Shown here piece after piece: positions 52,985 to 62,270 of a stretch of 64,000 nt of DNA. This stretch comes from a virus (Duplodnaviria > Heunggongvirae > Uroviricota > Caudoviricetes), in IMG/VR virus record IMGVR_UViG_3300008110_000029. One strand, 5' to 3'. The first letter of the stretch is position 1. Every line of letters begins with the position of its first letter. Both the position numbers and the translations under genes were made by a program. A model generated the notes under the pieces. It ran no database searches. It saw only the letters and a program-made list of their open reading frames with translations, and had not been told where the DNA came from.

Positions 52985-53689
52985 ATGGAAATTATTATAG
53001 CAACGTTAGTGATGACGCACATCACAATAGTGTGCGTTACACTATATCTACACAGAAGCCAGGCGCATAGAGGATTAGAGTTTCATCCTATAGTCAGTCA
53101 TTTTATGCGTTTTTGGTTATGGCTCACAACCGGTATGACTACAAAACAATGGGTTGCAATACATCGCAAACACCATCAAATTACAGACGTGGAAGGCGAT
53201 CCGCACAGCCCGCATGTATTTGGAATATGGACCTTAATGTTTAGTGGTTGGAGTTTATATAATAACGCCGCCAAAGATCCCGAGTTCGTAGTCAAGTACG
53301 GAATGGGCACTCCTAACGACTGGATTGAACACAAGCTTTATACACCTCACCACAAACTTGGTATTCTCTTAATGCTGATCATAGACTTATTGTTATTTGG
53401 ACCATGGGGATTCTTAGTGTGGGGCGTTCAGATGATATGGATTCCATTCTGGGCCGCTGGTTTTATCAACGGTGTTGGTCATTGGTGGGGATATCGTAAT
53501 GGCGATACAAATGATTACAGTCACAATGTTAGCCCAATAGGTATTCTTATCGGTGGTGAAGAGCTACACAACAATCATCACTTAGATCCAGCAAATCCTA
53601 AACTAAGTCGTAAGTGGTTTGAATTTGACATTGGGTGGATGTGGTTTAAGATATTTGAGTTTTTGAAATTAGCAAAACTTAGAACATAA
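52985..53689 (+). CDS. membrane fatty-acid desaturase (delta-9/DesA-like)
   Basis: three His boxes HRSQAH, HRKHH and HNNHH, DIGW, TATAAATA upstream. Confidence 0.93.
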   Translation: MEIIIATLVMTHITIVCVTLYLHRSQAHRGLEFHPIVSHFMRFWLWLTTGMTTKQWVAIHRKHHQITDVEGDPHSPHVFGIWTLMFSGWSLYNNAAKDPEFVVKYGMGTPNDWIEHKLYTPHHKLGILLMLIIDLLLFGPWGFLVWGVQMIWIPFWAAGFINGVGHWWGYRNGDTNDYSHNVSPIGILIGGEELHNNHHLDPANPKLSRKWFEFDIGWMWFKIFEFLKLAKLRT

Positions 53690-53721
53690 AGAAAAAGCAC
53701 CCGAAGGTGCTTTTCTTTTTT
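53688..53721. terminator. bidirectional intrinsic terminator
   Basis: AAAAGCACC-CGAA-GGTGCTTTT with A/T tails between convergent genes. Confidence 0.85.
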
Positions 53722-53747
53722 CTAGTATATTACTCTACGAGCGTATA

Positions 53748-54017
53748 TTATTTCTTCACGCCGCTATTAACAAATGCGTACATTTTTTCGGCGGTTTCAA
53801 GTACTTTATCTAGACCTGGAAACTCTGGCATGCCAACCTTAGTAAGAACTTGTCCAGTTTTCTCATCACGAGAAACTGACATTTCCCAACCGCGAAACTT
53901 TGAATGAAAGTCTTCGCTAACTAAGCTCTTAGCCATGTCTAGGATGTCTGTACGGATTTCATATCCGTTTTTATTAAATTTAACTTCTGGTAGTCTAGGG
54001 GTATCAAAATTTGACAT
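53748..54017 (-). CDS. conserved phage hypothetical protein
   Basis: AAGGAG RBS, GYEIRTDIL..AK pattern. Confidence 0.8.
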   Translation of the reverse strand: MSNFDTPRLPEVKFNKNGYEIRTDILDMAKSLVSEDFHSKFRGWEMSVSRDEKTGQVLTKVGMPEFPGLDKVLETAEKMYAFVNSGVKK

Positions 54018-54106
54018 AATTTTCTCCTTTGTGTGTATGTCCGTACTATCAAGCTACTTCTGTTTCGCTGACAGTTTAGTATATATGCCTAAAATAAAAA
54101 AAACAA

Positions 54107-54682
54107 TTATTTTATGACGCTATCTATCCGTTTGCGAATTATTTCTATTACTGGTTCTGCCAATACCACTTCATAGTGATTGTAGCCAACCTCTACTAGT
54201 TCCATATCCTCGTGGTGCTTCTGACTATGTATACTGACTACTCCGTCGTTAGGAACTAAGATAAAAGGACTGCGACCCGTAGTAGTAACTATGTTAGTCC
54301 AAGGATGCTGTATCTTAATTTTAGCAGCTTCACGCATAGCCCAACTGCTAGGCCCTATGTCACGCATAAGTCTGCTAAATGGCAAGAAGTATTGAGCATA
54401 GTCTGCTACTTCTGCACCGCCATAAGGTGTGCTTAGAGTTACTGCTCCTAGAACATGTGCGGGCAAATGATGACTAAGGTGTAAGGCATAAATCCCTCCT
54501 AGACTATGAGCAATAAAAAAGCACTGTTTTGAAGCCATTAAACTGATCTTCATAGAGGCTAAGTTATGCTCAAACCCATCGCGGCTGTCGTAGTTTAGAT
54601 CTAGCCCTGCACCTAATTGGCTTCTAATATGATTAAAGCTTTCACTAGTGGCATTGGCCCCGTGTATATAAACCAATTGCAT
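54107..54682 (-). CDS. alpha/beta hydrolase
   Basis: YIHGA, AHSLGG nucleophile elbow, NDGVV, C-terminal His. Confidence 0.88.
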   Translation of the reverse strand: MQLVYIHGANATSESFNHIRSQLGAGLDLNYDSRDGFEHNLASMKISLMASKQCFFIAHSLGGIYALHLSHHLPAHVLGAVTLSTPYGGAEVADYAQYFLPFSRLMRDIGPSSWAMREAAKIKIQHPWTNIVTTTGRSPFILVPNDGVVSIHSQKHHEDMELVEVGYNHYEVVLAEPVIEIIRKRIDSVIK

Positions 54683-54696
54683 GGATTATTTACTGG

Positions 54697-54816
54697 TTAT
54701 TTGGCCATTATACGTTTAGCTCCGTCGTAGTCGCCTCTACGAGCAAGATAAGTGGCGGCACGAGCTTTGCCAAAAGATTCAAATACTGACCAAATATAGT
54801 TAAGAACTGTTTTCAT
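54697..54816 (-). CDS. 39-aa peptide, absent from track
   Basis: AAGGA RBS, ATGA-type overlap with the upstream stop. Confidence 0.6.
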   Translation of the reverse strand: MKTVLNYIWSVFESFGKARAATYLARRGDYDGAKRIMAK

Positions 54817-54989
54817 AGATAATTTTCCTTATGGGAGTTAAATTGCTGGATATAATTTTCCAACTGTGCAGCATCGGTAATGCCTTTGGTGCTTAGATAT
54901 TCTTCTAAGCGATTTTGATAGCTAGATCCCGGAAACATTTCTGATAACCGTTCTAAAATTCTTAGCATTCTGTTTGATATGTGTTTCAT
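54813..54989 (-). CDS. small protein, possibly DUF3563-like (start MKHISN)
   Basis: GAGGA RBS, RLEEYL....DAAQLE pattern. Confidence 0.55.
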   Translation of the reverse strand: MKHISNRMLRILERLSEMFPGSSYQNRLEEYLSTKGITDAAQLENYIQQFNSHKENYL

Positions 54990-55135
54990 ATTGTCCTCTG
55001 TAAGTGTGTGTAGATTCTTATGGTTTCTACTGATATATTTATGTTGCACCCGCACATACAAAATTTTACTATACTAAATTTTTTTGTTACAATACAATTA
55101 AATTGGTTAAATACTTGAACAGGCTAAATTATTCT

Positions 55136-55405
55136 ATGAAACTAAAAACACGATCAATATTACAAGAGCTGAATTCAATAGCTGAAGTGCGCCACACTGA
55201 TGCTGTTGTAGAAAGTCGTGCCGTTAACGTTATTAATTCGGCCATTAACCTAATTGAATCAATTAAAAATAATTACAGTGCTGAGGAAGCCGATGAATTA
55301 GAGCGTAGATTGATCAATGCTATCAAAGGGCAGGATACCTCCAAATTTTCCAGAGGTATTCGTAAAATTGCTGAAGATCGCAAAATTAACAAAAAACCCC
55401 TCTAA
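55136..55405 (+). CDS. small helical hypothetical protein
   Basis: TAAATA upstream. Confidence 0.7.
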   Translation: MKLKTRSILQELNSIAEVRHTDAVVESRAVNVINSAINLIESIKNNYSAEEADELERRLINAIKGQDTSKFSRGIRKIAEDRKINKKPL

Positions 55406-55481
55406 AACCATAATTTTTTCCAATCAAAATAAATACTATGCCAGCCTCTGAGCGAGGCTTTGATTATGAGGAGAAAATATC

Positions 55482-55844
55482 ATGGCAGATCTATTAAACG
55501 AAACAGTTGCAGCCAATTATGGCAAGCATGTAATCAACCAAGCTGACGTAGGTCGTGAGCTTATTGTTAAAGTTGCTTTAACTAACATGACAAACGCAAA
55601 CGTTACAGCTATCCGTAACGCAATCACTCTACCAGGTGGTTCAGGCGGTACATTACCAGCCGACACCGGTGATGCATTTACTGTAGCAGCTATTGGTACA
55701 GCAGATGGTTCAGCTTTTGTAAGCGGAACAACTGACGTTATCTATATGCGTGTTCAAGGTACAGGTACATTCAGTACTGTTGATGCAGCAGGTGCAACTG
55801 GTGCTACTGTAACTGTTGAAGCAATCTTTACACCAGCACTATAA
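55482..55844 (+). CDS. probable abundant virion protein (head decoration-type)
   Basis: TAAATA, leader hairpin, GAGGAG RBS, own terminator, Ala/Gly/Thr-rich. Confidence 0.6.
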   Translation: MADLLNETVAANYGKHVINQADVGRELIVKVALTNMTNANVTAIRNAITLPGGSGGTLPADTGDAFTVAAIGTADGSAFVSGTTDVIYMRVQGTGTFSTVDAAGATGATVTVEAIFTPAL

Positions 55845-55868
55845 TTTCCACTCGGGATGGGAAGGAAG

Positions 55869-55895
55869 AGAGCGGATTTATTCCGCTCTTTTTTT
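55869..55895 (+). terminator. intrinsic terminator
   Basis: AGAGCGGA/TCCGCTCT plus T tail. Confidence 0.85.
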
Positions 55896-55918
55896 ATCTG
55901 CGTAAATAGTAGCACATT

Positions 55919-56311
55919 ATGGCAAGATACACCATCATCACACTAGTAGACATTACTAGAACACAACCAACAAGATCTGAAACAGACAAAATTAAATTAG
56001 GCCAACAATCTAATTTTAACAGTCTACTTCAGGCCATTGGTTTACGATCAAATGTCAGTTGGGATACTGATCCAAAAATGCATACTGGTTCAATACCTAC
56101 AACAGACGGTAAAGCCAATCACTGGATTTGGGAGTTTGATACAGAACGCGATGACAGTTTTTTAAAAGATAAGGATCCAGTGGGATTATTGGTAGATGAT
56201 TTACACGGTGTTCCTATAATAACTAATCTTAATGAAAATACAGATATTCATCCTGCTGCTTTTGTATCTAAAGGTGACAATACCAATACATGGATAAAAT
56301 CCAATCATTGA
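55919..56311 (+). CDS. hypothetical late protein
   Basis: TAAATA upstream. Confidence 0.75.
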   Translation: MARYTIITLVDITRTQPTRSETDKIKLGQQSNFNSLLQAIGLRSNVSWDTDPKMHTGSIPTTDGKANHWIWEFDTERDDSFLKDKDPVGLLVDDLHGVPIITNLNENTDIHPAAFVSKGDNTNTWIKSNH

Positions 56312-56401
56312 TAAATATTCAGTAAAGGCACATTTATCTAGGCAATTTCACAAGGCACATATCCGAAAGGAACTTGACCAACAACAGGAGATTAGCCTAA
56401 A

Positions 56402-56791
56402 ATGGCGCGAGTAGCAATGTTACAGCCAGTCGCGGAGCGTGTCAGCGTACTGGAAACAAAAGTTGAGAATATCGACGAAAAAATTGACGATCTTAAAGTA
56501 GATGTCAGAGACATGCACGATTGTCTAGATCGTACCAGAGATTTATTAGATGCTAAATTAGACGAAATGTTAACCGAATACAAAGCTAACAGAGATAAAT
56601 TTTATGAACATGCTGATCGTTTACATTTAGAAGACGCTGCGGCACATGCAACTTTAGCAGCTAAGATTGAATCACTAGAAAAACAGAAACATAAATTTGT
56701 AATGTACGCTATGGTTGGATTGGCGTTTGCAGCAGGAGCAGGGTGGATTAATCAATTAGATCTTAATTCAATTGTCAAATTCTTTTTATAA
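56402..56791 (+). CDS. coiled-coil protein with C-terminal TM (holin/XhlA-like architecture)
   Basis: heptad pattern and one TM, CAGGAG RBS. Confidence 0.6.
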   Translation: MARVAMLQPVAERVSVLETKVENIDEKIDDLKVDVRDMHDCLDRTRDLLDAKLDEMLTEYKANRDKFYEHADRLHLEDAAAHATLAAKIESLEKQKHKFVMYAMVGLAFAAGAGWINQLDLNSIVKFFL

Positions 56792-56811
56792 CAATCAAAC
56801 ATAGTTTAAAT

Positions 56812-56836
56812 AAAAGGGCCCAGTGGGCCCTTTTTT
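56812..56836 (+). terminator. terminator-like hairpin
   Basis: AAAAGGGCCC-AGT-GGGCCCTTTT. Confidence 0.65.
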
Positions 56837-57277
56837 ATGTCTAACTTAAATTCAAAACTACAACAGGTAGTTGAACGCACTCATCGAAAGTTATATGAAC
56901 AGGACCGAATTATGCCTGTTAAAACCAGCGAAGGTATACTGGTTGGTAACGTTCTTATAGCGTCTGTTGGACATGTAAAAAATCTTTATCAAGATAATAT
57001 TTTGATCTATAAAGAAATAAGTTTAAATGTTGTGGCTATTAAAATTGCTAACATTTTAACAAAAAGTGGAACTACAGCCAGGGCTGAAGCACTGTATCGA
57101 GCTGATCAAGAGTACGGGCGATGGCTTCAAGAAAGCCAATTTTTAAGGCATAAGTATCAAATAGCTCGCAAAAATGGTAACAACGACCGTGCTGATATAT
57201 ATCTAGCCAGGTACTGCACAGCTAGAGACAAGGCAAAAAACGCACATTCACACGTACTTGCTTTGGCTGCGTTCTGA
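56837..57277 (+). CDS. hypothetical late protein
   Basis: 146 aa. Confidence 0.7.
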   Translation: MSNLNSKLQQVVERTHRKLYEQDRIMPVKTSEGILVGNVLIASVGHVKNLYQDNILIYKEISLNVVAIKIANILTKSGTTARAEALYRADQEYGRWLQESQFLRHKYQIARKNGNNDRADIYLARYCTARDKAKNAHSHVLALAAF

Positions 57278-57308
57278 ATAAATATACGATAATTCTGGAT
57301 TTTAACTT

Positions 57309-58262
57309 ATGAAAACACTTGATATTTTTACTAGGCCGTCTGTAAAAAAACTAAACGAAAGCTTTGAAAAAACTTACGGCAAAAAGCTCAATCTTGAAAC
57401 TTTTACATTGCCGCAGTTAGAGGACGCTAGAAACAGATTAAGAACAAAAGTTCATCAAATGCGCAATGACAGCACATTTAATGAAACTGTTGAAAACGAA
57501 GATCACCAAAAAACACAGTGGATGCTTGATATCATTAATCAAGAAATTGCTGAAAGATTAGAAGAAGTAGTTGAAGAAGATCAAGATCTAGCATCTATGT
57601 TTCAAGGTATCGAGACTGAAACAGCAGAAGTTGAATTAAATGATTACGAAACAGATGAAGTCACAGAAATAAGCGGAAGCGATGATGACGAGTCATTTGG
57701 TATATACGACGGCTACGATTTTAGCCAACAGGAACAATTTGGAGAAAGTATGAACACTCAAGTAAATGAAAACGAACTAAACAAAGCTTCTGCTGTAGTT
57801 TCAGCCAAAGGTATGGTTGACAAGGTTAGCAGATGGATTGAAGAATTAGCAGGTATTGAAAACGACACATTATTATCTTTAGGTGATAGTATTCGTGACG
57901 AAATGGGACAAGAACAAGCCAAGGCATTTTTAAGCTCAGTTGCTCCTGCAATTCAATCTGCATTAGATACACTAAAGCAGGCTAGAGAAACAATGAGTAC
58001 TGGTGTAAGAACCTTAACAGGTGAAGTACAGCCGGCAGAAATGCTAGGCGGTGGTGAAGCTGAAAATGAAGCTCCTCCAGGATTTGAAGAGCCGGGTGTA
58101 GAACCAGCTGATCCTGACGCTATGAACTCTGATGAATTAGAAGCACCAGAAGATGATTTTGCCGCAGCAGAACCAGCAGCAGGTGGTGCAGAAACCGCAG
58201 GACGTGAACAGCGCGAAAGTATTAACTTTCAAAGTCGTCTATTAAAAGCATTGGCAGGCTAG
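57309..58262 (+). CDS. acidic coiled-coil protein, prohead core/scaffold-like
   Basis: very acidic, helical, late motif upstream. Confidence 0.55.
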   Translation: MKTLDIFTRPSVKKLNESFEKTYGKKLNLETFTLPQLEDARNRLRTKVHQMRNDSTFNETVENEDHQKTQWMLDIINQEIAERLEEVVEEDQDLASMFQGIETETAEVELNDYETDEVTEISGSDDDESFGIYDGYDFSQQEQFGESMNTQVNENELNKASAVVSAKGMVDKVSRWIEELAGIENDTLLSLGDSIRDEMGQEQAKAFLSSVAPAIQSALDTLKQARETMSTGVRTLTGEVQPAEMLGGGEAENEAPPGFEEPGVEPADPDAMNSDELEAPEDDFAAAEPAAGGAETAGREQRESINFQSRLLKALAG

Positions 58263-58263
58263 C

Positions 58264-58734
58264 ATGAGCTCTTCACAAATTTTAAGGTCATACCTTGATA
58301 TTTTAAATGAAAGAGGCGGAAGGGGTGGCGCAGCCTCTAGACCGGCCGCGGCAAAACCTGCTATGCAACAACAGCCAGCTCAAACTGCTCAGCCTGCTAT
58401 GCAACAACAGCCAGCTGTACCTAAACCTGGTCAACCTGCTAATTTACAACAGACATCAAAGATACAACAAAAAACAAAAGTAGGATTACAAACTGTTGGA
58501 AAATCACTTACAGGAAAAAATCCTACCGGAGTAGGTCAAGCGGTTCAGGGTTTTAACAAAATTTCACAAGGATCAGCTGTGACTGGTACTCAGTCTACTG
58601 CCTTAGAACCTTTTATCGAACCTTTACAAATGATTTTAGCTAATCCGCAACTGAAACAAAGATTTTTAGCATTGGTTGCACAGGCAAAACAGGCTACTGC
58701 TAAGATTGATCCAACAGCAATACAACAACAATAA
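58264..58734 (+). CDS. Gln/Pro-rich probable internal protein
   Basis: leader ending LDILNE, 24-bp direct repeat at 58357-58380 and 58393-58416 (PAMQQQPA). Confidence 0.6.
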   Translation: MSSSQILRSYLDILNERGGRGGAASRPAAAKPAMQQQPAQTAQPAMQQQPAVPKPGQPANLQQTSKIQQKTKVGLQTVGKSLTGKNPTGVGQAVQGFNKISQGSAVTGTQSTALEPFIEPLQMILANPQLKQRFLALVAQAKQATAKIDPTAIQQQ

Positions 58735-58750
58735 CAGATTTCAATAAATT

Positions 58751-59140
58751 ATGAGATTAAAAGATTTAAAAGAGCACGATGAACAACTAGACGAAATACT
58801 GCCAGCGATTGGTGCTATTGCTGGCGGTGCTGCTCGAGTAGCTGGTGGTGCAATGAGTCGAGGACTTACAAAAGCAGGCGGCGCATTGGCTAGGGGAGTT
58901 AGTTCAGCGGGCGGTGCATTGGTTAGGGGAGTTAAATCAGCAGCCACCACTGTTGGACAAAAAGTAGCAGGTGCTGCCGGTCAAGCTGCATCTGGACTAG
59001 CAGGTGGCGGGATGGACCCTGCCCAAGCCGCCGCAGAAAAAAAACAGCATGATGACGATAAAAGGTCCATTCAGGCAGCTATTAAAGAAAAACAAGCTGA
59101 AATAGCAGAACTACAAAAACAACTGGCAAGCATAGGATGA
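58751..59140 (+). CDS. Gly/Ala-rich probable internal protein
   Basis: leader MRLKDLKE, GGAL.RGV repeats. Confidence 0.6.
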   Translation: MRLKDLKEHDEQLDEILPAIGAIAGGAARVAGGAMSRGLTKAGGALARGVSSAGGALVRGVKSAATTVGQKVAGAAGQAASGLAGGGMDPAQAAAEKKQHDDDKRSIQAAIKEKQAEIAELQKQLASIG

Positions 59141-59544
59141 GATTCTACGAATTTGTTTTACCTTTAGATGAAATTGAAACAGAGCCAATTGATAAATTCA
59201 TTTTAGCTCTTAAGAATTATATTGGCACCGCAGCTATTAAAAAACAACCAGCCGAATTCAATTGGAATGGGTTTGCTAAGATGATGCGTAGTCAAGGATT
59301 CGAGATGGCTGCAGACTATGAAGTTTTTAAATCAATTTATGATCAGCTTCCTCCAGATATGCAAAACTTAGTTTTAGATTTTAATGATAAAACTGTTCAA
59401 CTTAACGTTCCCGGAATTAAGAACGACAATCCAGATCTTGAACCAGAACAAGATAGTCAAAATGCTGTAAATCAAATGGCTCAAGGATTGGCACCTCAGC
59501 AGTTAGCTAAACAATCACAAACTCCACAAGTAACACAAGCTTGA
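59137..59544 (+). CDS. hypothetical protein
   Basis: leader MRFYEF, coupled. Confidence 0.65.
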   Translation: MRFYEFVLPLDEIETEPIDKFILALKNYIGTAAIKKQPAEFNWNGFAKMMRSQGFEMAADYEVFKSIYDQLPPDMQNLVLDFNDKTVQLNVPGIKNDNPDLEPEQDSQNAVNQMAQGLAPQQLAKQSQTPQVTQA

Positions 59545-59569
59545 CATACATAAAGTAATAAATTAAAAT
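59541..59569 (+). promoter_or_regulatory. sigma70-type promoter of exonuclease
   Basis: TTGACA-17nt-TAAAAT. Confidence 0.75.
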
Positions 59570-59574
59570 ACTTT

Positions 59575-60249
59575 ATGACTTTACTAATCGAAAAATTTCA
59601 ATACCCCACCACCACAAGAACTACTATAAACGGTAAAAGACATTACGATGCCGGAGACGGCATTCCTGTTCCTAGTGTTACGACTATTCTTGATGCAACA
59701 AAAGATAAAACTTTTTTACATGAGTGGCGTAAACGTGTAGGCGAACAAGCAGCTCAACAGATTACTACAGAGGCTGCAGGGGTTGGGACCTCAATGCACA
59801 AGTATCTTGAAGATTATGTCAAAGGAGAACCGCTGACTCCTAAGAGCAATATGGTGCATCAACAAGGTTTTAAGATGGCGCATGTCATTATTGAAAAGGG
59901 CATGAGCAATGTCAGCGAAATGTGGGGCTCGGAAGTTAACTTATGTTATCCTGGGCTGTATGCTGGTACCACTGACGGCGTAGGAGTGTTTAACGGCAAC
60001 CCTGCAATCATTGACTTTAAACAGACCAATAAACCCAAGAAAGAAGAGTGGGTAGAAGACTACTATCTACAACTAGTGGCCTACGCAATGGCTCACAACG
60101 AGATGCACGGAACAGACATAAAGTACGCACATATCTTGATGTGCAGCAGAGAGCTTCAATATCAACAGTTTGATATTACTCCTGACACATTTAACAAGTG
60201 GTCTGACAAGTGGTTAGAGCGGGTTCAGCAATACTATGACTCTAGATAA
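59575..60249 (+). CDS. PD-(D/E)XK exonuclease (MGME1/lambda-exo-like)
   Basis: PSVTTIL, GTSMH, EV.L, YAGTTD, IIDFKQ, QLVAY. Confidence 0.88.
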   Translation: MTLLIEKFQYPTTTRTTINGKRHYDAGDGIPVPSVTTILDATKDKTFLHEWRKRVGEQAAQQITTEAAGVGTSMHKYLEDYVKGEPLTPKSNMVHQQGFKMAHVIIEKGMSNVSEMWGSEVNLCYPGLYAGTTDGVGVFNGNPAIIDFKQTNKPKKEEWVEDYYLQLVAYAMAHNEMHGTDIKYAHILMCSRELQYQQFDITPDTFNKWSDKWLERVQQYYDSR

Positions 60250-60273
60250 ATACCCTAACAAGGGTATATTTCT

Positions 60274-61809
60274 ATGGCCGTAGTCCAAATAAGCAAAATA
60301 CAAATCCGTAAAGGAAAAAAGTTACAAACTGGGATTCCTCAGTTAAGTGGCGGTGAGTTCGCCTGGGCAGTTGATACACAAGAACTATACATAGGTAATG
60401 GTTCCGTGTTCGAAGGAGCTCCTTTAGTTGGTAATACTAAAATTTTAACAGAATACGATAATATTTTAGATCTTGCTAGAGGTTATAAATTTGCTTCCGG
60501 AAATCCTAGTATAACTAGAAGTGTATCTCGTTCAATACAATCAAAATTAGATGAATATGTAAGTGTGTTTGATTATGGTGCCAAGGGTGATGGCACTACA
60601 AATGATACTGTTGCATTTCAAAGAGCATTAGATGATCTTTTTTTAAATGCAAATACAAATTTTAAAAAAGCATTATTCATTCCGTCTGGAAATTATCTAA
60701 TTTCTTCAGAATTACGTATTCCTAGTAGTGCAGTTATTATTGGAGACGGCCAGAATAATACAACTCTTCTCATGAATGCTAGTACTGTAACTTTTAAAAC
60801 TTCTAGTAATTCAACTTTAGGAAATTTCACAGGGTCTAATAGGCCAGAAAATATTTCTTTATCAAATTTTAAATTTTATTTTACAAGTGGATCTTTAAAT
60901 TTAACAGGCGTAAAAAATGCAAAGTTTGATAATATAATTTTTGAATCAACATATTCATTAGGCAACAGTACTGAAACTTCAATGGTTAACTGGTCTAATG
61001 ACATTGACAGCACTAAAGTTACTGATATTTTCTTTTCTAATTGTAAATTTACCAAAGGATATATTGCAGTATCTGCAATATTTTCATCGGTACTAACTAC
61101 CAGTGTAAATTTTAATAATTGTAATTTTTATATATGTGGTAAAGGAATTTATTTACAAGGGCAAGCCAATCAAAGCAATCAGTGGTCAATTCAAAATTCT
61201 CAGTTTGAATTAATCTTCAATCAAGCCATACATGTAACCAACGGTTACAATATGTCTGTGCAAAATAGTAAATTTTTAATTTGTGCAAATGGATTGAATG
61301 ATGCAGCTACTCCAACTTTACCTGTTATATCATTTTCTCAAACAAAAAATAACACAGTCATTGATTGTTATTTTGATAGAACACAAGAAGCCGGAGTATC
61401 AAATACATCATCTAAACCGGGATGGCCAGAAGTTCAGAATAGTTCAAAAACTACAATTATTAATAATGTTGTTACTGACATTGCACTGTCTGATGGTCAA
61501 AGAACTTTAGCAGTATTTTCTGCGTTTAATAAATTTATAAAAATTGATTATGTATTAACTTTAGGAACAAGTATTAGAAAAGGTATATTAACTCTAATAG
61601 TTGATGGACTCAGTCCTAGTACTATATCGTTAACTGACGAATTTAATTTTACATCGGGGGTAACAGTCATGACAGGATTTGAATTTGGAACAAACGTATT
61701 TGATAATAATTTAGATTCTGGGATTGATACTATTCAGTTATGGTATAGAAATCCAATTGCCAATCAATCCACTGGCACTATTTCTTATTTCATAACATAC
61801 GGTGTTTAA
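60274..61809 (+). CDS. tail spike/fibre protein with pectin-lyase-like beta-helix
   Basis: N-terminal IQIRKG...GEFAWAVDTQELYIG, SVFDYGAKGDGTTNDT.AFQRAL, FIPSGNY. Confidence 0.85.
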   Translation: MAVVQISKIQIRKGKKLQTGIPQLSGGEFAWAVDTQELYIGNGSVFEGAPLVGNTKILTEYDNILDLARGYKFASGNPSITRSVSRSIQSKLDEYVSVFDYGAKGDGTTNDTVAFQRALDDLFLNANTNFKKALFIPSGNYLISSELRIPSSAVIIGDGQNNTTLLMNASTVTFKTSSNSTLGNFTGSNRPENISLSNFKFYFTSGSLNLTGVKNAKFDNIIFESTYSLGNSTETSMVNWSNDIDSTKVTDIFFSNCKFTKGYIAVSAIFSSVLTTSVNFNNCNFYICGKGIYLQGQANQSNQWSIQNSQFELIFNQAIHVTNGYNMSVQNSKFLICANGLNDAATPTLPVISFSQTKNNTVIDCYFDRTQEAGVSNTSSKPGWPEVQNSSKTTIINNVVTDIALSDGQRTLAVFSAFNKFIKIDYVLTLGTSIRKGILTLIVDGLSPSTISLTDEFNFTSGVTVMTGFEFGTNVFDNNLDSGIDTIQLWYRNPIANQSTGTISYFITYGV

Positions 61810-62227
61810 CCTCTATCGCGACGATAGAATTAAAATTTGGAGAGAATTTAGAGATGTGTTAGAAACAAGCAATAATCCGCTACAGGATATTGCTGAATTT
61901 TGGTCTTTAGCTCCATTTGTTAATCCTTATCTAAATCCACAAAAACCTTCTGAATGGCCAGATCCTTGGCGTTTAATTCTCGAAGGCAAATACGATGATC
62001 TTGCAATTTCATTAGGAATGCTGTATACTCTGAAATTAACACAGCGGTTTATGAATGCCTATTGCGAGATACATACGTCTATGCTCCTCAATGAAAAACA
62101 TCCTAAATTTTTCGTAGTTGTAGAGCGGTCTGATGTTTTAAATTTTGAATATAAAAGAAGTTTAAAGATACATGAAGTTTCCCAAATAGATTCACAGATA
62201 ATATGGCAAGGTAGCACTCTGCCATAA
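61802..62227 (+). CDS. hypothetical late protein
   Basis: 141 aa, coupled. Confidence 0.7.
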   Translation: MFNLYRDDRIKIWREFRDVLETSNNPLQDIAEFWSLAPFVNPYLNPQKPSEWPDPWRLILEGKYDDLAISLGMLYTLKLTQRFMNAYCEIHTSMLLNEKHPKFFVVVERSDVLNFEYKRSLKIHEVSQIDSQIIWQGSTLP

Positions 62228-62270
62228 ATATCTGCTCATCATAAAAAATAATATTGAGGCATAAAGAAAG

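Larger units (their letters stand above)
1015..62230 (+). promoter_or_regulatory. dispersed late-promoter-like motif (TA)TAAATA upstream of structural/late genes
   Basis: at about 1015, 6030, 7097, 33147, 35157, 35726, 44887, 48513 (TATAAATA), 49836, 52973 (TATAAATA), 55430, 55903, 56312, 56807, 57279, 60247 and 62225, resembling the T4 late promoter. Confidence 0.65.

Noticed and set aside
58357-58960. Short direct repeats in two late genes as a repeat element
   Set aside because: They are in-frame duplications encoding low-complexity PAMQQQPA and GGALxRGV peptides
59575-60249. Cas4 / CRISPR-associated call
   Set aside because: PD-(D/E)XK core only, without the four-Cys Fe-S motif, and no CRISPR context
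60274-61809. Diversity-generating retroelement targeting the tail spike
   Set aside because: No reverse transcriptase and no template/variable repeat pair seen in the window
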